Shown: positions 61,901 to 64,000 of the stretch, one piece after another
Layout of the letters: each line of letters starts with the position of its first letter
How positions within the stretch are numbered: position 1 is the stretch's first letter
DNA from: Eukaryota sp. GEM-RC1
Taxonomy: Eukaryota
Direction of reading: 5' to 3'
Length of the DNA stretch: 64,000 nt
Assembly: GCA_040285855.1 (NCBI GenBank)
Contig: JAUFOQ010000001.1
Location: 3,658,001 to 3,722,000, forward strand
Position numbers and translations under genes: made by a program
Notes under the pieces: generated by a model
Databases searched by the model: none
Told to the model about the DNA's origin: nothing
Seen by the model: only the letters and a program-made list of their open reading frames with translations

Positions 61901-64000
61901 TGCTTCTCTGCTGAATTTCTGTTACCCCAACAGGAAATAACTCTGACCACAAATTGGAGTCGAGACTATCAATTAAATTTTGAAGACTAATTAACCATGC
62001 ACAAGGTGAGTGAAGTAAAAAATCTTTCGTTTTCCATAACACAGGATAACGATTCTGAAATTCAAACAAAAATTCTTTAAAGACCCCAAAAAGGCACCCT
62101 CACGCATGTACTTAGCTTTCGTGAAACCAATACCACCAAAAGAAGTAGAAGTGAAACAATGAGAAGGAAGTGAAGAGTCTTAAATTGAAAGTAAATTGAA
62201 ATGTAACAACTAATGTATGCATCTTTTTCATTCTATAATCGTATTTCAAAGAAAGTTCCTCAAGGTGGTCTGTCGATGTAAGCTAGTTATGTTCTTCCAT
62301 GAAGTATAAGATAGATGGGGAGTGTTGTGCTTGTGACGCGGATTGCTTCTGATGTTATACTTCTATCTCAAAAGCTTGTGAACCGAATTCTTGTTCCTAA
62401 CAATGTTTATGATACAAAAAAACACACGGTAAAAAGTGTGTCAATGAAAGGTCACAAAAGCACATATCATAATAAAAGCTATGGAAACACTAGACATAGA
62501 ACATTCCTGGTTAAGCTTAACAGTACTAGTGATGGGCAAAGACCAGACCAACCGACCATACTACAGGCCTCTAAAGTTTGGTCTGTAGTCCGAGGATCTC
62601 TTCTCTTCTCTGGTCTGGTCTGGTCTGGTCTGTAGTCCATTCATTTCTACTGTGGTCTGAAGTCCATTCATGTTTGTTTTACTTTTACGAATACATCACT
62701 AAAAAACATAACATATGTTTTCCGGTTCCACTTCAGTACTTCCATTTTCAGATTCTGAAAACTCATTAATACCTAGGAGATAATCCATTAGAGTATATAT
62801 TAGCTGGTTTTGCCATAAGATACCACAATTTCCTTTTCACACACAATGTCAGGCCCAGTTATATAAAGGTGTCTACATAGAGTTGTATTCAGAGGCTTCT
62901 GCGGCAAAAAGGAGAATATATAGAAAAAACGGGGTTTATGATCAATGAGTTAAATAAACGCATTTGCAGAAGTTAATAACTAACAGACACTAACTAAAGT
63001 ATCTAACTATGATCCTTCTGTCCATCATCGAACAACTTACCTAAAATTGAATTAAAATATCTGTGCATTGAACGAAACAACGCAAACGTTAACATACTCA
63101 ACCAAAAATTTTCATTGAAAACTTTACCGAAGTCAGAACACAATTTACCAAAGGAAGTTAAAAACCCTTGAGCAGCTATTTTTTCCTTTTTCAGCCACTT
63201 CAAGAGCAGAAAGATCATAATCAAAATTCTTGAAAATTGATCTTGAATTACAAGGATCAACAGTCGTGAAATCCATAATAATTTCCTGACAAGATAACCA
63301 AGGACCAATCAAATCACCACGACTTCTATCAACTTTTGGCTGATCAGGAAGATTAGCAAGTAAAGGTTCAATTTTTCCATGAAAACCATTAGCCTTAAAC
63401 ATATCCAAACATGTATCCCGGATACTGTTGTGAATAATTGATCGAAAATGAATAAATTGATGACAGTTAACTAAATGATGAAAATTGGAAGCCTTTGAAC
63501 GACCACAAAGACATGGAGAATGCTTCCAAAGACCTGAAAGCCATAAACCTAACCTAAGTCTCATGTTTATAAGCCATTCATGATCCTTAAGATTAAAACA
63601 AAATTTGCTTGGCAAACGAGAAACAAATGAAGACGCATCGCTTGAAGAAATATCATTCAAAAATGCACAAAAAGCGGGACTCTTAGTCTTAGCCAAGCTA
63701 ATACGGTTTTTAAAGTCCAAGCTTTCGTGAAACAAAACAAACTTCTTCTGTAACTTGCGAACACACAAAGGCAAAGAGAAAATGCTTCTCTGCTGAATTT
63801 CTGTTACCCCAACAGGAAATAACTCTGACCACAAATTGGAGTCGAGACTATCAATTAAATTTTGAAGACTAATTAACCATGCACAAGGTGAGTGAAGTAA
63901 AAAATCTTTCGTTTTCCATAACACAGGATAACGATTCTGAAATTCAAACAAAAAATTCTTTAAAGACCCCAAAAAGGCACCCTCACGCATGTACTTAGCT
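34953..64000. repeat. tandem macro-array of composite TE-derived units (two ~5.75 kb, four ~3.8-3.9 kb, one recombinant; continues past window end)
   Basis: The unit marker (…GTTGTGCTTGTGACGCGG…) recurs at ~35290, 41102, 46856, 50780, 54621, 58539 and 62315. Basic unit = spacer X + family A' (-) + family B (+) + hAT-like end H (ATCAC repeats) + family A-long (-). Confidence 0.95.
39728..40973 (-). mobile_element. 5'-truncated family A RLE non-LTR retrotransposon with TSD (representative copy; others at 45484-46728, 49338-50651, 53262-54507, 57099-58410, 60941-62186)
   Basis: 363-aa ORF with CCHC knuckle (CLCG…HLVNC), RSIIHNSIRD, EP, RGDL, DFTTVDP, AEKGKNTKY and FQPFAMSIYG, i.e. a restriction-like endonuclease of CRE/R2-type elements. 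10-bp TSD GAAAGTAAAT (39718-39727, 40974-40983). Confidence 0.92.

Noticed and set aside
34953..64000. Head-to-tail array of active retrotransposons (telomeric retroelement-type)
   Set aside because: Copies are 5'-truncated, lack the RT core, lie in both orientations and share identical junctions and TSDs, indicating DNA-level amplification.

Overview
AT-rich, gene-compact, nearly intron-free eukaryotic DNA, most likely from a protist; the BTB and RI-like LRR genes and tiny intergenic gaps suggest a metamonad-like flagellate (inference only). The left half (1-33 kb) holds host genes: BTB protein, glycerol kinase, a membrane-anchored M12/reprolysin-type metallopeptidase, IQCE-like and CIBAR/FAM92-like coiled-coil proteins, a THEM6-like thioesterase, a ~20-repeat RI-like LRR protein and a TRAPPC9/Trs120-like protein. 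Many of these are split by 1-nt indels at homopolymers, probably long-read errors. Between them lie nested mobile DNA: hAT elements with 8-bp TSDs, a TA-flanked TIR element, fragments of at least five RLE-type (CRE/R2-like) non-LTR retrotransposon families, and a decayed Fanzor/TnpB RuvC gene followed by hairpins where an omegaRNA would lie. The right half (~35-64 kb) is a tandem macro-array of 3.8-5.8 kb units built from these TE fragments, with higher-order structure and both reciprocal products of unequal crossover. Most notable: (i) the Fanzor relic; (ii) RLE retrotransposons that end in a 3' oligo(T) tail rather than poly(A), with three filled/empty-site pairs that all place the insertion just before TGAA; (iii) the TE-derived satellite-like array.
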